From Spirulina sp. (GTDB taxonomy: Bacteria; Cyanobacteriota; Cyanobacteriia; Phormidesmidales; Phormidesmidaceae), in the NCBI GenBank assembly GCA_044070495.1, contig JBIPSI010000002.1:1-64000 (forward strand): a stretch of DNA of 64,000 nt, in the 5' to 3' direction. The first letter of the stretch is position 1; every line of letters starts with the position of its first letter. A program made the translations under genes and the position numbers. Under the pieces are notes generated by a model, which was given only the letters and a program-made list of their open reading frames with translations, made no database searches and was not told the origin of the DNA. This document shows, piece after piece, positions 49,637-58,681 of this stretch.

Positions 49637-50710
49637 TTAAGATTGTGTAACGAGCCAGGTTAACCCCGTGGCCATAACAATAATTTGTAAACTCAGCAAA
49701 AGCCAATCAGCCCACATCACCCGCCTTGTCCAAACCTCCTCATTTTTATCGACCCAGTAGGCGGTAACAATCACCTCGACAATGGAGGCAAAAATCAGGA
49801 TGTAGGCAATCACGTAGATTTCATCCATCAGCACGAGATAGCCTAAGTCGGGGAGGGCATCTGCATAGGTTTCTTGCAGAAAAACGGTGGTGAGTAGGGC
49901 TGTCACTGGCAGCGCCACCCGTGAATCAATATGCTGGGGTGCGAGCAACAGAGCGGCACAGCTTGAGGCCAATACAATCAACAGCGGCAACAACAATTTC
50001 CAAGTAAAGAAGCTCCAGGGGCGGGCAATATTGAGGGAATAGCGCAGCACCGAATGTTCTGACCGACTCGGCAAACGGGGATCGCCAAAGTTGGTGTCGT
50101 AGGTTCTCACCAGGCTATCGATGGTGGAGCCTACAATTGACCAGCCGGGGATGGTTAAAAACTGGGAATAGCCCGATGCCTCGTCATCCGCGACATAGAT
50201 AAGTTGATCTGTGGTGTAGGCCGAGTTCTCCATAAAAATGCTGAGGTTGTACTGATCGAGGGGATAGCGTTTGAGGTCAAAGGATTGGAGGAAGCGCCCT
50301 TCTACCCGTGAGATTTGGTAAAAACTGCCATCGGGCAACCGTTCTGGCTCAGGGTGGGCGGGGACAGACATCATCGACCAATCGCTAATGCTGTTGGTGA
50401 CTTCTAAATAGGTGATTGGGTCAATATCTCCTTGCCACTTAAACCACATATAGAAATCGGCATAAAAAGAATTGCTTTTGAGATCGATATCGTAAATGCT
50501 GACGGCAAAAATTCCGGTTTCTACCCGCTCGACTTGGGTGGATAGGGAGACGGGCTGCCTCGGAGAAGCTGGGGGCAAAAATGACCACTGACCTAGGCTA
50601 ATTTTGAGGCTGATGAGGAGGATTCCTACACCCAAAAGCAATAGCATAGACAGAGCCTTTGGAAAGTTCTCTGTGACTTCAGTCCACCGCCGAAATGGAA
50701 ACAGATGCAT
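49637..50710 (-). CDS. Pentameric ligand-gated ion channel subunit (GLIC/ELIC-like), paralog 2
   Basis: IYDID..NSFYADFYMW, Pro-loop RYPLD, PGW, IAR, M1 KLLLP, M2 DSRVALPVTALLT, LPDLGYL, four C-terminal TMs. Confidence 0.85.
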   Translation of the reverse strand: MHLFPFRRWTEVTENFPKALSMLLLLGVGILLISLKISLGQWSFLPPASPRQPVSLSTQVERVETGIFAVSIYDIDLKSNSFYADFYMWFKWQGDIDPITYLEVTNSISDWSMMSVPAHPEPERLPDGSFYQISRVEGRFLQSFDLKRYPLDQYNLSIFMENSAYTTDQLIYVADDEASGYSQFLTIPGWSIVGSTIDSLVRTYDTNFGDPRLPSRSEHSVLRYSLNIARPWSFFTWKLLLPLLIVLASSCAALLLAPQHIDSRVALPVTALLTTVFLQETYADALPDLGYLVLMDEIYVIAYILIFASIVEVIVTAYWVDKNEEVWTRRVMWADWLLLSLQIIVMATGLTWLVTQS

Positions 50711-50880
50711 CGCCAACGTCCAGCAAAGATGGAGTCAGTTTAGCGCTTCTATCCCCTTCACTCTATCCCTTTTCCCAAGACGGTTATCGCTCATACATAG
50801 GGCTGAGGGGAGATCCCAGGGTTCTTACTGGCAATCGGTTAAGGAACCTGTCCAGCGGTGACAGAACCCTGGGATCTAAG

Positions 50881-52290
50881 TTATGAGGCAGGGTCGGCCT
50901 TGGCGGCAACGGCATCTTCCTCGGAGCCTTTGAAGGCGATACGGAGGAAGGGTGGGGCCAGGAAGGTGGTGGCAATCACCATGATGATGATGGCCGCTTC
51001 CAGGGGCTTGGACAGCACGCCGCTGGCGGAACCGATGCCCGCAAATACCAGGCCCACCTCACCACGGGGCACCATGCCGATGCCGATGGCCAGTTTATTG
51101 AGTTGGGCTTGGCCGAAGGTGGTCCAGCCCGTGATCACCTTGCCCAGAATGGCGACGGCCAGCAGGAAGACCGCAATCACCAGGCCTTCGCGGTTGGCGG
51201 GAACGGCGGGGTTGAGCACACCCAGGTCGGCCTTGGCCCCCACGGTGACGAAGAAAATCGGCACCAGGATGTCGGCGATGGGCATCACTTGGCGATCCAG
51301 TTCCTTGCGCTTGTCGGTTTCATCCAGCACTAGGCCAGCGGCGAAGGCTCCCAGAATGGCCTCCAGGTGAATGACGTTGGCCAAGAAAGCCATCAAAAAG
51401 GCGAAGGTGAGGGCGGGGATGACCAGGTTGCCGCGCGTTTGCAGTTTGTCGGCAATGGCGACGAAGGAACTGTTGAAGAATTTACCCAGGAAGATGGCCC
51501 CCAGCAGGAACCCGGTGGCGCTGACGATCAGGTAGATGACGTTCATCACGTCTACCTCGCCCGTTTTGGCTAAGCTAGCGACCACAGCCAGGACAATGAT
51601 GCCCAACACGTCGTCAATCACCGCCGCACCAACGATGATTTGCCCTTCGGCGGATTTAAGCTGGCCAATTTCCGACAGCACCTTGGAGGTAATGCCGATA
51701 CTGGTGGCGGTCAATGCGGCCCCGGCAAAGATAGCGGGAATGGTGGGCACATGGAACAGGGTCATCAGCCCTACGGTGCCCAGGGCAAAGGGGGCGGCCA
51801 CACCGACAACGGCCACAATCGCCGCCTGGTAGCCCACTTTTTGCAGTTCGCGCAGGTCGGATTCTAGGCCGATCTCAAACAATAGGATGATGACGCCCAG
51901 TTCTGCCAGCACCGAAACCACTTCGCTCTGGCTGTGGAAGACCTCGGTGACCGCTTCGGGGGACAATCCACCCAGCCATTGCAGCAGGTGCATCAGTTGA
52001 GAATCCGCCGCCATCGCCCCGCTTTCGGGGAAAACAATCAGGTTCAGGGCGGAGGTACCCACAATCACCCCGGCCACCAATTCCCCCAGCACCGGGGGCA
52101 GGTCTACCAGGCGAGACAGTTCGCCCCCCAGTTTGCTGGCGATGTAGATCACCACCAGGCTGAGCAGAACCCCAGCTAGGACAAGCGGCCCAACTTCGGC
52201 ATCCACTTCAGGAGCCGCCGCCAGCAGTCCCCAGGATGCGGCGGCCTCTAGCCCCCTCGAAATCATCGTCACACCATTCAAATCAACCAT
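50881..52290 (-). CDS. nhaS3: Na+/H+ antiporter NhaS3 (CPA2)
   Basis: LPPVLGEL, LFEIGLES, ATSIGIT, AVIDDVLG, GMVPRGEVGL; GAGG RBS before ATG 52290. Confidence 0.85.
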   Translation of the reverse strand: MVDLNGVTMISRGLEAAASWGLLAAAPEVDAEVGPLVLAGVLLSLVVIYIASKLGGELSRLVDLPPVLGELVAGVIVGTSALNLIVFPESGAMAADSQLMHLLQWLGGLSPEAVTEVFHSQSEVVSVLAELGVIILLFEIGLESDLRELQKVGYQAAIVAVVGVAAPFALGTVGLMTLFHVPTIPAIFAGAALTATSIGITSKVLSEIGQLKSAEGQIIVGAAVIDDVLGIIVLAVVASLAKTGEVDVMNVIYLIVSATGFLLGAIFLGKFFNSSFVAIADKLQTRGNLVIPALTFAFLMAFLANVIHLEAILGAFAAGLVLDETDKRKELDRQVMPIADILVPIFFVTVGAKADLGVLNPAVPANREGLVIAVFLLAVAILGKVITGWTTFGQAQLNKLAIGIGMVPRGEVGLVFAGIGSASGVLSKPLEAAIIIMVIATTFLAPPFLRIAFKGSEEDAVAAKADPAS

Positions 52291-52377
52291 AGATACCTCT
52301 ATCGAATCTCCGTCAAATCTCTGGCAAATCTGTATCAAATCCGCGTTAGGGCGACCGTGGCCCATCGCCCCAGGATA

Positions 52378-53451
52378 TTAGCTCCATAAAATCAACCCTA
52401 TGGCCCCCAAGAAAATCGCCACAATTTGCCCAATCAGGAGCCAGCGATCCACCTTGATCACTTGGTGATACCGTTCCGGTTTCCCTTCCTTAATCCAGTC
52501 GGCAGTGAGAATCGCCTCGGCGATGGAAAGAAAGATCAAAACGTAGGCGATCACGTAGATCTTATCCATCAAGACCAGGTAGCCAATATCGGGCAGACTT
52601 GAGGAATAGGACTCCTGCAAAAATACCGTGGTCAGCAGGGCGGTGACGGGGAGGGCAATGCGAGAATCGCTGTATTCAGGATTGAGCAGCAGCGATCCCC
52701 AACTGGAGGCCACCACGATCACTAGGGGCAACAGCAACTTCCAAAGAAAGAAGCTGGGGGGTCGAGCAATTTGAAGGGAATACTTGAGAATCGAATGCTG
52801 GGCTCCATCGCCTAGGCGAGTATCTCCAAAGTTAGTGCTGTATTCGCGCAGCAGCGTCTCCAGTTTAAACCCCATAATGCGCCAGCCAGGAATCGCCAAG
52901 GTCTCGGAGTAGCCCGACTGATCGGGTTCTGCCACGTAGACTAAATCATCGATGGTGTAGGCAGAGTTTTCCAAGATAAGGCTTAAATAATGGCGATCCA
53001 AAGGGTATCGAGCCAGGGAAAGGGGCTGCACAAAACGGCCCTCAACCCGCCAAATTTGGTATTGACGATTATCCTCTAAAATTTCAGGCTCCTCATAGGT
53101 CGGCGTGATCACCATGCCCCAATCATCCACCCCATTGGAAAACTCCAACTGAGCGAGGGGATCAATGTCCCCCTGCCACTTAAACCAGGCATAAAAATCG
53201 GCGTAGTAGGTATTGCTGGATGGATCTAAATCGTAGACATTCATCGCAAACAATCCGGTTTCAACAATTGCAGATTGGCTCGGTACCGTGGTCAGGGGTT
53301 GGAAGACATGGTAGAGATCCACCCCGTCCTCCGATTGTCGTAATCCCAGTTGGAGTAGAACCGTAACTAGAGCAACGCTTAGGGCGGCGAAGACAAAGGT
53401 ACGGGCTTTGTGCCGTCTACTCCAAGGCAAAAGTTGGTGAAGAAAATGCAT
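52378..53451 (-). CDS. Pentameric ligand-gated ion channel subunit (GLIC/ELIC-like), paralog 1
   Basis: VYDLD..NTYYADFYAW, RYPLD, PGW, IAR, KLLLP, DSRIALPVTALLT, LPDIGYL, four C-terminal TMs. Confidence 0.85.
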   Translation of the reverse strand: MHFLHQLLPWSRRHKARTFVFAALSVALVTVLLQLGLRQSEDGVDLYHVFQPLTTVPSQSAIVETGLFAMNVYDLDPSSNTYYADFYAWFKWQGDIDPLAQLEFSNGVDDWGMVITPTYEEPEILEDNRQYQIWRVEGRFVQPLSLARYPLDRHYLSLILENSAYTIDDLVYVAEPDQSGYSETLAIPGWRIMGFKLETLLREYSTNFGDTRLGDGAQHSILKYSLQIARPPSFFLWKLLLPLVIVVASSWGSLLLNPEYSDSRIALPVTALLTTVFLQESYSSSLPDIGYLVLMDKIYVIAYVLIFLSIAEAILTADWIKEGKPERYHQVIKVDRWLLIGQIVAIFLGAIGLILWS

Positions 53452-53491
53452 GGTCTAGGGGGCGTAACAGGGCCATTCGGCAGGGGTAGAG

Positions 53492-53589
53492 GTAGGGTGG
53501 CAGTGCCCACCCTAAGGTTCCTAGGAAATATACCCCCGCCATCGGCCCATCCTACTGCCCCGGAGGTAGGGTGGCAGTGCCCACCCTAC
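53492..53589. repeat. Two copies of the palindrome GTAGGGTGGCAGTGCCCACCCTAM
   Basis: 53492-53515 and 53566-53589, between bicA and the pLGIC gene. Confidence 0.75.
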
Positions 53590-53593
53590 GGAG

Positions 53594-55297
53594 CTAGAGC
53601 ATGCGGGGCACTTCCGATCCGGCGGTATCACCGGAGTAGTCGATGCCGTCGATGGCCGCGAGGACTTTGAGGGAGGCCTTCAGGGCTTCGGCGCGGGTTT
53701 GGACGAGGTGTTTGGCGGGGACAAACCGCAGCACACCTAGTTTTTCTAGGCGTTTCAGGGTTTTGCCCTTCGCGCCAACCAGGAACACCTGCCGTCCGGC
53801 GTCCGCCGCATCTTGGATGGCGTTTTCTAGGGCCAGGGCCGCTGTCACGCCCAGGTGGGGCACGTCTTGCAAGTCCACAATCAGCACATCGTGGTCTTCC
53901 ATGGCGGTATGTTCTTGGGAAATGGCCCGTGCCACGCCGAAGATCATGGGGCCATCCAGGTGGAAGAGCAGAATCCGGCCCTTAGCCCGATCCATGAGGG
54001 CGCTTTCTTCGTCGTTGAGGGGAAAGTCGCCGTCGAAGTCGGTGATGGTTTTTACGCCCTCTGATTGCAGGCTGCTGAGGCGGTCGATGGTGAGCATGTT
54101 GGCGATGAACACGCCCACCCCCACGGCCACAATCAAGTCCACAAACACGGTCAGGAACATCACCCCGTACATAATGGCGGTGCCCTTCCAGGACACATGG
54201 TGCGCCCGCTTCAGGAAGCTCCAGTCCAAAATATCGAAGCCGACCTTGACGGCAATCCCCGCTAGCACCGCCAGGGGAATCACCTTGGTGAGCGGAGCCG
54301 CCCAGAGAACGACCACCAGCAGAATCGCCGCCCGAATCAGACCCGACAGCGCCGTGCGGCCCCCGGCCTGGATGTTGACCACCGTCCCCATGGTGGCCCC
54401 AGCACCGGGCATCCCGCCAAACAGACCGGACATCAGGTTGCCGATCCCTTGGCCAATCAGTTCTTTGTTGGGGTCGCTTTGGGTGCGGGTAATGCTGTCG
54501 GCAATCATCGCCGTCAGCAGGGCATCAATACAGCCCAACATCCCCAGCACCAAGCCATCCACCAGCATCACCCGCAGTTGGTCGGCGCTGAACATGGGCA
54601 GTTGCAGCGTCGGCAATCCGGTGGGAATTTCCCCAATCAGGCGCAGATCGGCATTGGCAAACACCGTCAGGGCCAGAATCGTCCCGGCCACCAGCACCAA
54701 CAACTGAGGCGGTACCCAGCGCTTTAACTGCTTCGGCATCAGGAACAGCACCGCCAGGGAGAACACCCCCAGGGCCACCTCCGCCGGATCGAGGGTGCTG
54801 ATTAGCGTCGGCAAACTGGTGAGGGTGCCGACCACGCCGCCCTTGGGAGTGGCATGGCCCAAAAATGGCCCCAGTTGCAGGATAATTAGAATCACCCCAA
54901 TGCCCGACATAAACCCAGAAATCACCGGGTAGGGCATGAGGGTAACGTAGCGCCCCAGCTTGAGAAATCCAAAGATAATCTGGAAAAAACCCGCCAGCAT
55001 GGCGACCGTAAAGGCCATGGCCATACCATTTTCGGGATTGGCCGCCACCAGTTGAGCGATCACAGCGGTAAACACCACCGTCATCGGCCCCGTAGGTTCA
55101 GAAATTAGCGTGGGTGTGCCCCCAAACAACGCCGCAAAAAAGCCCACGATCACAGCCCCATAGAGACCGGATGCAGGCCCAGCCCCAGAGGCCACCCCAA
55201 AGGCCAGGGCCATCGGTAGCGCAATCACCGCTGCGGTGACGCCCCCAAACAAGTCACCCCGCCAGTGGCGGAAGCTAATTCGATTTGTGATGCCCAT
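53594..55297 (-). CDS. bicA: SulP-family Na+-dependent bicarbonate transporter BicA
   Basis: GDLFGGVTAAVIALPMALAFG, ISEPTGPMT, CIDALLT, GAGATMGTV, STAS domain; linked to nhaS3/mrp. Confidence 0.9.
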   Translation of the reverse strand: MGITNRISFRHWRGDLFGGVTAAVIALPMALAFGVASGAGPASGLYGAVIVGFFAALFGGTPTLISEPTGPMTVVFTAVIAQLVAANPENGMAMAFTVAMLAGFFQIIFGFLKLGRYVTLMPYPVISGFMSGIGVILIILQLGPFLGHATPKGGVVGTLTSLPTLISTLDPAEVALGVFSLAVLFLMPKQLKRWVPPQLLVLVAGTILALTVFANADLRLIGEIPTGLPTLQLPMFSADQLRVMLVDGLVLGMLGCIDALLTAMIADSITRTQSDPNKELIGQGIGNLMSGLFGGMPGAGATMGTVVNIQAGGRTALSGLIRAAILLVVVLWAAPLTKVIPLAVLAGIAVKVGFDILDWSFLKRAHHVSWKGTAIMYGVMFLTVFVDLIVAVGVGVFIANMLTIDRLSSLQSEGVKTITDFDGDFPLNDEESALMDRAKGRILLFHLDGPMIFGVARAISQEHTAMEDHDVLIVDLQDVPHLGVTAALALENAIQDAADAGRQVFLVGAKGKTLKRLEKLGVLRFVPAKHLVQTRAEALKASLKVLAAIDGIDYSGDTAGSEVPRML

Positions 55298-55349
55298 CGC
55301 CAGCACCTAAATCCTTTTATTGAAGTTAATAAATGTTGAAAACTTTTGC

Positions 55350-55365
55350 ATCGACAAAAGTCTAT
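55350..55365. promoter_or_regulatory. Candidate NdhR/CcmR (LysR) operator upstream of bicA
   Basis: Minus strand ATAG-ACTTTTGT-CGAT, one mismatch from ATAG-N8-CTAT. Confidence 0.55.
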
Positions 55366-55452
55366 ACATAGAACCATAACATCTCCGTTCGGCAAATCTC
55401 ACGGGATCTACGATTGATTTTCCTGATAGGGGTGAAAAGCTGGTGGAATAAC

Positions 55453-55848
55453 CTAATCGCGCTGTTCGAGGTGCTGGCGGATAGCCTTAAGCTCCTCCAG
55501 AATTTGCCGCAACAGGTCGGTGGTGACGGTTTCTGTGGCGGGCTGCACCTGAATCACGGGCTGAAGCCCCAGTACTTCCTCAGCAAAGCGGCGCACCTCC
55601 TGGGGCCGAAACACCAAGGGTTCGTCCTTATTCTGGCGTAGTTCGGGGTTGAGTTTTCTGGGATCGTAGGGCGGGTTGAGGAGGTCGGGGTCGGTGTTGG
55701 CGTAGCGGTAGACCGAGGCCCGCGAGCGGTTGAGATAGCGCTGCACGTCGTCAATGGTCAACCCCGACTCTGGGGTCGGGAAGGTAGCCCCTAAGCTGGG
55801 CTTGGTAACGTTGGACAATTCGCTGGGGGAAAAATCGGGGAAACTCAT
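55453..55848 (-). CDS. Conserved cyanobacterial HTH DNA-binding protein (often labelled 'resolvase')
   Basis: LTIDDVQRYLNRSRASVYRY excisionase/AlpA-like HTH; no serine-recombinase catalytic domain. Confidence 0.65.
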   Translation of the reverse strand: MSFPDFSPSELSNVTKPSLGATFPTPESGLTIDDVQRYLNRSRASVYRYANTDPDLLNPPYDPRKLNPELRQNKDEPLVFRPQEVRRFAEEVLGLQPVIQVQPATETVTTDLLRQILEELKAIRQHLEQRD

Positions 55849-56043
55849 GACGGCAGCGGCGCAAACCTAGGGTGCTGTTGGGGTGACGCGATATTCGTTG
55901 GTTACTTTAGCAGGTTCAGCCGAGTACTCCTTATATTCTAGAGCGGGCAATTGTTCTGGGGCTATTGCCCCGTTAGAACCTCGAACGGGCTACTATTTGA
56001 GGGAATTTGGTCAGGGAGATTTGGGCGAATCCGCCGATTGGTC

Positions 56044-58650
56044 ATGGTACACAAGCGCCTAGAACCGTTCCTCAGTCGAAAGCGCGTGGCCGTGGTAGAA
56101 GCCTGCGTGATTGGGCTGGTGTCGGGGCTGGCGGCGGTGTTGCTGAAGCAGGGAGTAGAATGGCTGACCCTGTGGCGTACGAATACGACCCTGCCTCTAT
56201 GGGTGGCGCTGCCGCTGATTGGCCTGGGGGGCGGCTATCTATCGGGCTGGCTGGTAGAGCGACTGGCCCCGGAGGCATCGGGCAGCGGCATTCCCCAGGT
56301 GAAGGCGGCGCTGGGGTTTGCCAAGATGCCCCTAAATTTGCGGGTGGCGCTGGTGAAATTGGTCAGTACCCTTTTGGCCCTGGGGTCTGGGCTGTCTTTG
56401 GGGCGGCAGGGGCCAACGGTGCAGATTGGGGCGGCCCTGGCGGCGCAGCTTAGTCGTTGGGTGCCCACTTCGCCGGAGTATCGGCGGCAGCTCATTTCGG
56501 CAGGAGCGGCGGCGGGGCTGGCGGCGGGGTTCAATGCGCCCATTGCCGGGGTGTTGTTTGTGGTGGAGGAACTGCTTCAGGATTTTTCCGACCTCACCCT
56601 GGGCAGCGCCATTTTGGCCTCGTTTATTGGAGCAGTGGTGTCGCGGCTGCTGGGGGGGCAGGGGCTAAACCTGGTGATGGAGGCCAAGCCCGTTAGCCTG
56701 TCGGTCTATGACCTGCCCTTTTTGGTGGTTTTGGGATTGCTGGCGGGACTGCTGGGGTCACTGTTTCGGCGGGGCATTTTTGGCAGCTTGGCCTTTTTTA
56801 GGCAATTTAAAACCCTCGGCCTGCCCGGTCGCATTGGCCTAGCAGGGCTGGTGACGGGGCTGGTAGGGGTGTTTGTGCCCGTGGCCGCTGTGGATAATAC
56901 GGGTCTTCAGGAATTTCTGGTGACCGGATCGGCGGGCTGGAAACTGATTGCCGTGGCCTTTGTCGTCAAGTTTTTGCTGACCCTGCTGGCCTACGGCTCT
57001 GGGGCGGCGGGGGGTATTTTTGCGCCCTCCCTGGTGCTGGGGGCGGCACTGGGATGCCTAGTGAGTTTTTTGGCCCAGGGAGCCTACACGGGATTTGGGG
57101 CATGGCCGATGCCGGAAGCCCTGGGCAGCACCACCACCTACGCCCTCACCGGGATGGGAGCCTTTTTTAGCGCGGTGACGGGGGTGCCGATTACGGCCAT
57201 CGTCATCGTGTTTGAGATGACCGCCAACTTTAATCTGGTGCTGCCGCTGATGATTGGCTCCGGTATCGCCTACCTGATTGCCGACCGGGCCAACCGAGGC
57301 TCCATCTACAATCGCCTGCTGGAACTGAAGGGCATCCACCTGGAACCTGTGGCCCAGGCCAATAATCCCTGGGCACACCTCACCGCCGCCGACCTGATGC
57401 AGCGCCGGGTAGAAACCCTCTCCAGCCAGATCACCCTACCGGAAGTCGTGCAGGCTTTTTCGAGATCCCACCATCGCGGCTTTCCGGTATTGGAAGAAGG
57501 GCGACTGGTGGGCATCGTTACCCAAAGCGACCTGGGTGAGGCCAGCAGTCAGGGGCTAGAACCCTACCTCACCCTGAAGGATTTGATGACGCCCCACCCC
57601 GTCACCGTGGCCCCCGATGCGCCTCTGCCCAGGGTGCTACACCTGCTGAACCGCCTCAAGCTCAGCCGTTTGCCCGTCACCGAGGGCAACAAACTGGTGG
57701 GCATCATCACCCGTGCCGACATCATCCGGGCCGAGTCGGATCAAGTCAGCGGCGACCTGCCAGAACTTGGCCCCCAGGCCGAACCCTCCTACGTCGTCTT
57801 CCAGCAACGCGCTCCGGCCACGGGGCAGGGTCGTTTATTGGTGCCCCTAGCCGACCCCCAAACCGCCCCCGACTTAATCAAAATTTCCGCCGCCATTGCC
57901 CACGGTCTGCACTACGAATTGGAGTGCGTCCATGTGGTGCGGGTGCCGCGCAGTGTCGCCCCCGCCGAAGCCAGGGTAGACCTGCAAACGGCGGAACCCC
58001 TGCGCCAACTGGCCCTCTCCTACGCCGAACACAGTGGCCTGTCGGTGCATTTCCAAGTCCGCGCCGCCCACGAAATTGGCCGCACCCTGCTGGAAGTCAT
58101 CCGCGACCGCCACATCGACCTCGTCCTCATGGGCTGGCACCACCCCACCCTCACCCCCGGTCGCGTCATCAACAGCGTGGTGGATACCCTGATTCGCCAA
58201 GCCCCCTGCCAGGTGCTCGTCGTCCGCCCAGGCCGCAACCTCAGCTTTAACCACTGGCTGCTACCCACGGCGGGCGGCCCCAATGCCCAAAGCGCCCACC
58301 GCCTGCTGCCCGGACTGATCACCCTCGGCAAAACCCCCGACGTTCACCTCTGCACCATCTGCCACCCCGAACAGGGCAAATGCCTTACGCCGCAGTACCT
58401 CTCTACCCTCGCCGATGACCTCGAAGCCGCCCTGAATCGGCCCGTCCGTACCCATGTCGTCACCCACACCTCGGTATCCGAGGCCATCCTCGACCTCTCC
58501 CAACAGTGCCAAAGCGACGCCATTCTGCTGGGGGCTTCCCGTGAAAACCTGCTCAGCCAAGTGCTGAAGGGCAACGTGCCCCTAGAAATTGCCCAACAAA
58601 CCGATATCACGATCATCCTGCTGCGCCAAGTGGAGGATGAGAGCGAGTAG
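56044..58650 (+). CDS. ClC-family chloride transporter with CBS pair and USP domains
   Basis: GSGIP, GRQGP, FNAPIAG..VEE, GGIFAP, SIY; CBS (HRGFPV, SRLPV); USP (RLLVPLADP). Confidence 0.9.
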   Translation: MVHKRLEPFLSRKRVAVVEACVIGLVSGLAAVLLKQGVEWLTLWRTNTTLPLWVALPLIGLGGGYLSGWLVERLAPEASGSGIPQVKAALGFAKMPLNLRVALVKLVSTLLALGSGLSLGRQGPTVQIGAALAAQLSRWVPTSPEYRRQLISAGAAAGLAAGFNAPIAGVLFVVEELLQDFSDLTLGSAILASFIGAVVSRLLGGQGLNLVMEAKPVSLSVYDLPFLVVLGLLAGLLGSLFRRGIFGSLAFFRQFKTLGLPGRIGLAGLVTGLVGVFVPVAAVDNTGLQEFLVTGSAGWKLIAVAFVVKFLLTLLAYGSGAAGGIFAPSLVLGAALGCLVSFLAQGAYTGFGAWPMPEALGSTTTYALTGMGAFFSAVTGVPITAIVIVFEMTANFNLVLPLMIGSGIAYLIADRANRGSIYNRLLELKGIHLEPVAQANNPWAHLTAADLMQRRVETLSSQITLPEVVQAFSRSHHRGFPVLEEGRLVGIVTQSDLGEASSQGLEPYLTLKDLMTPHPVTVAPDAPLPRVLHLLNRLKLSRLPVTEGNKLVGIITRADIIRAESDQVSGDLPELGPQAEPSYVVFQQRAPATGQGRLLVPLADPQTAPDLIKISAAIAHGLHYELECVHVVRVPRSVAPAEARVDLQTAEPLRQLALSYAEHSGLSVHFQVRAAHEIGRTLLEVIRDRHIDLVLMGWHHPTLTPGRVINSVVDTLIRQAPCQVLVVRPGRNLSFNHWLLPTAGGPNAQSAHRLLPGLITLGKTPDVHLCTICHPEQGKCLTPQYLSTLADDLEAALNRPVRTHVVTHTSVSEAILDLSQQCQSDAILLGASRENLLSQVLKGNVPLEIAQQTDITIILLRQVEDESE

Positions 58651-58681
58651 AAGGCAACTCATACCCAATTCGCAGGTAGTC

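Noticed and set aside
53643..54707. 354-aa plus-strand ORF
   Set aside because: Antisense shadow of bicA with no recognisable motifs
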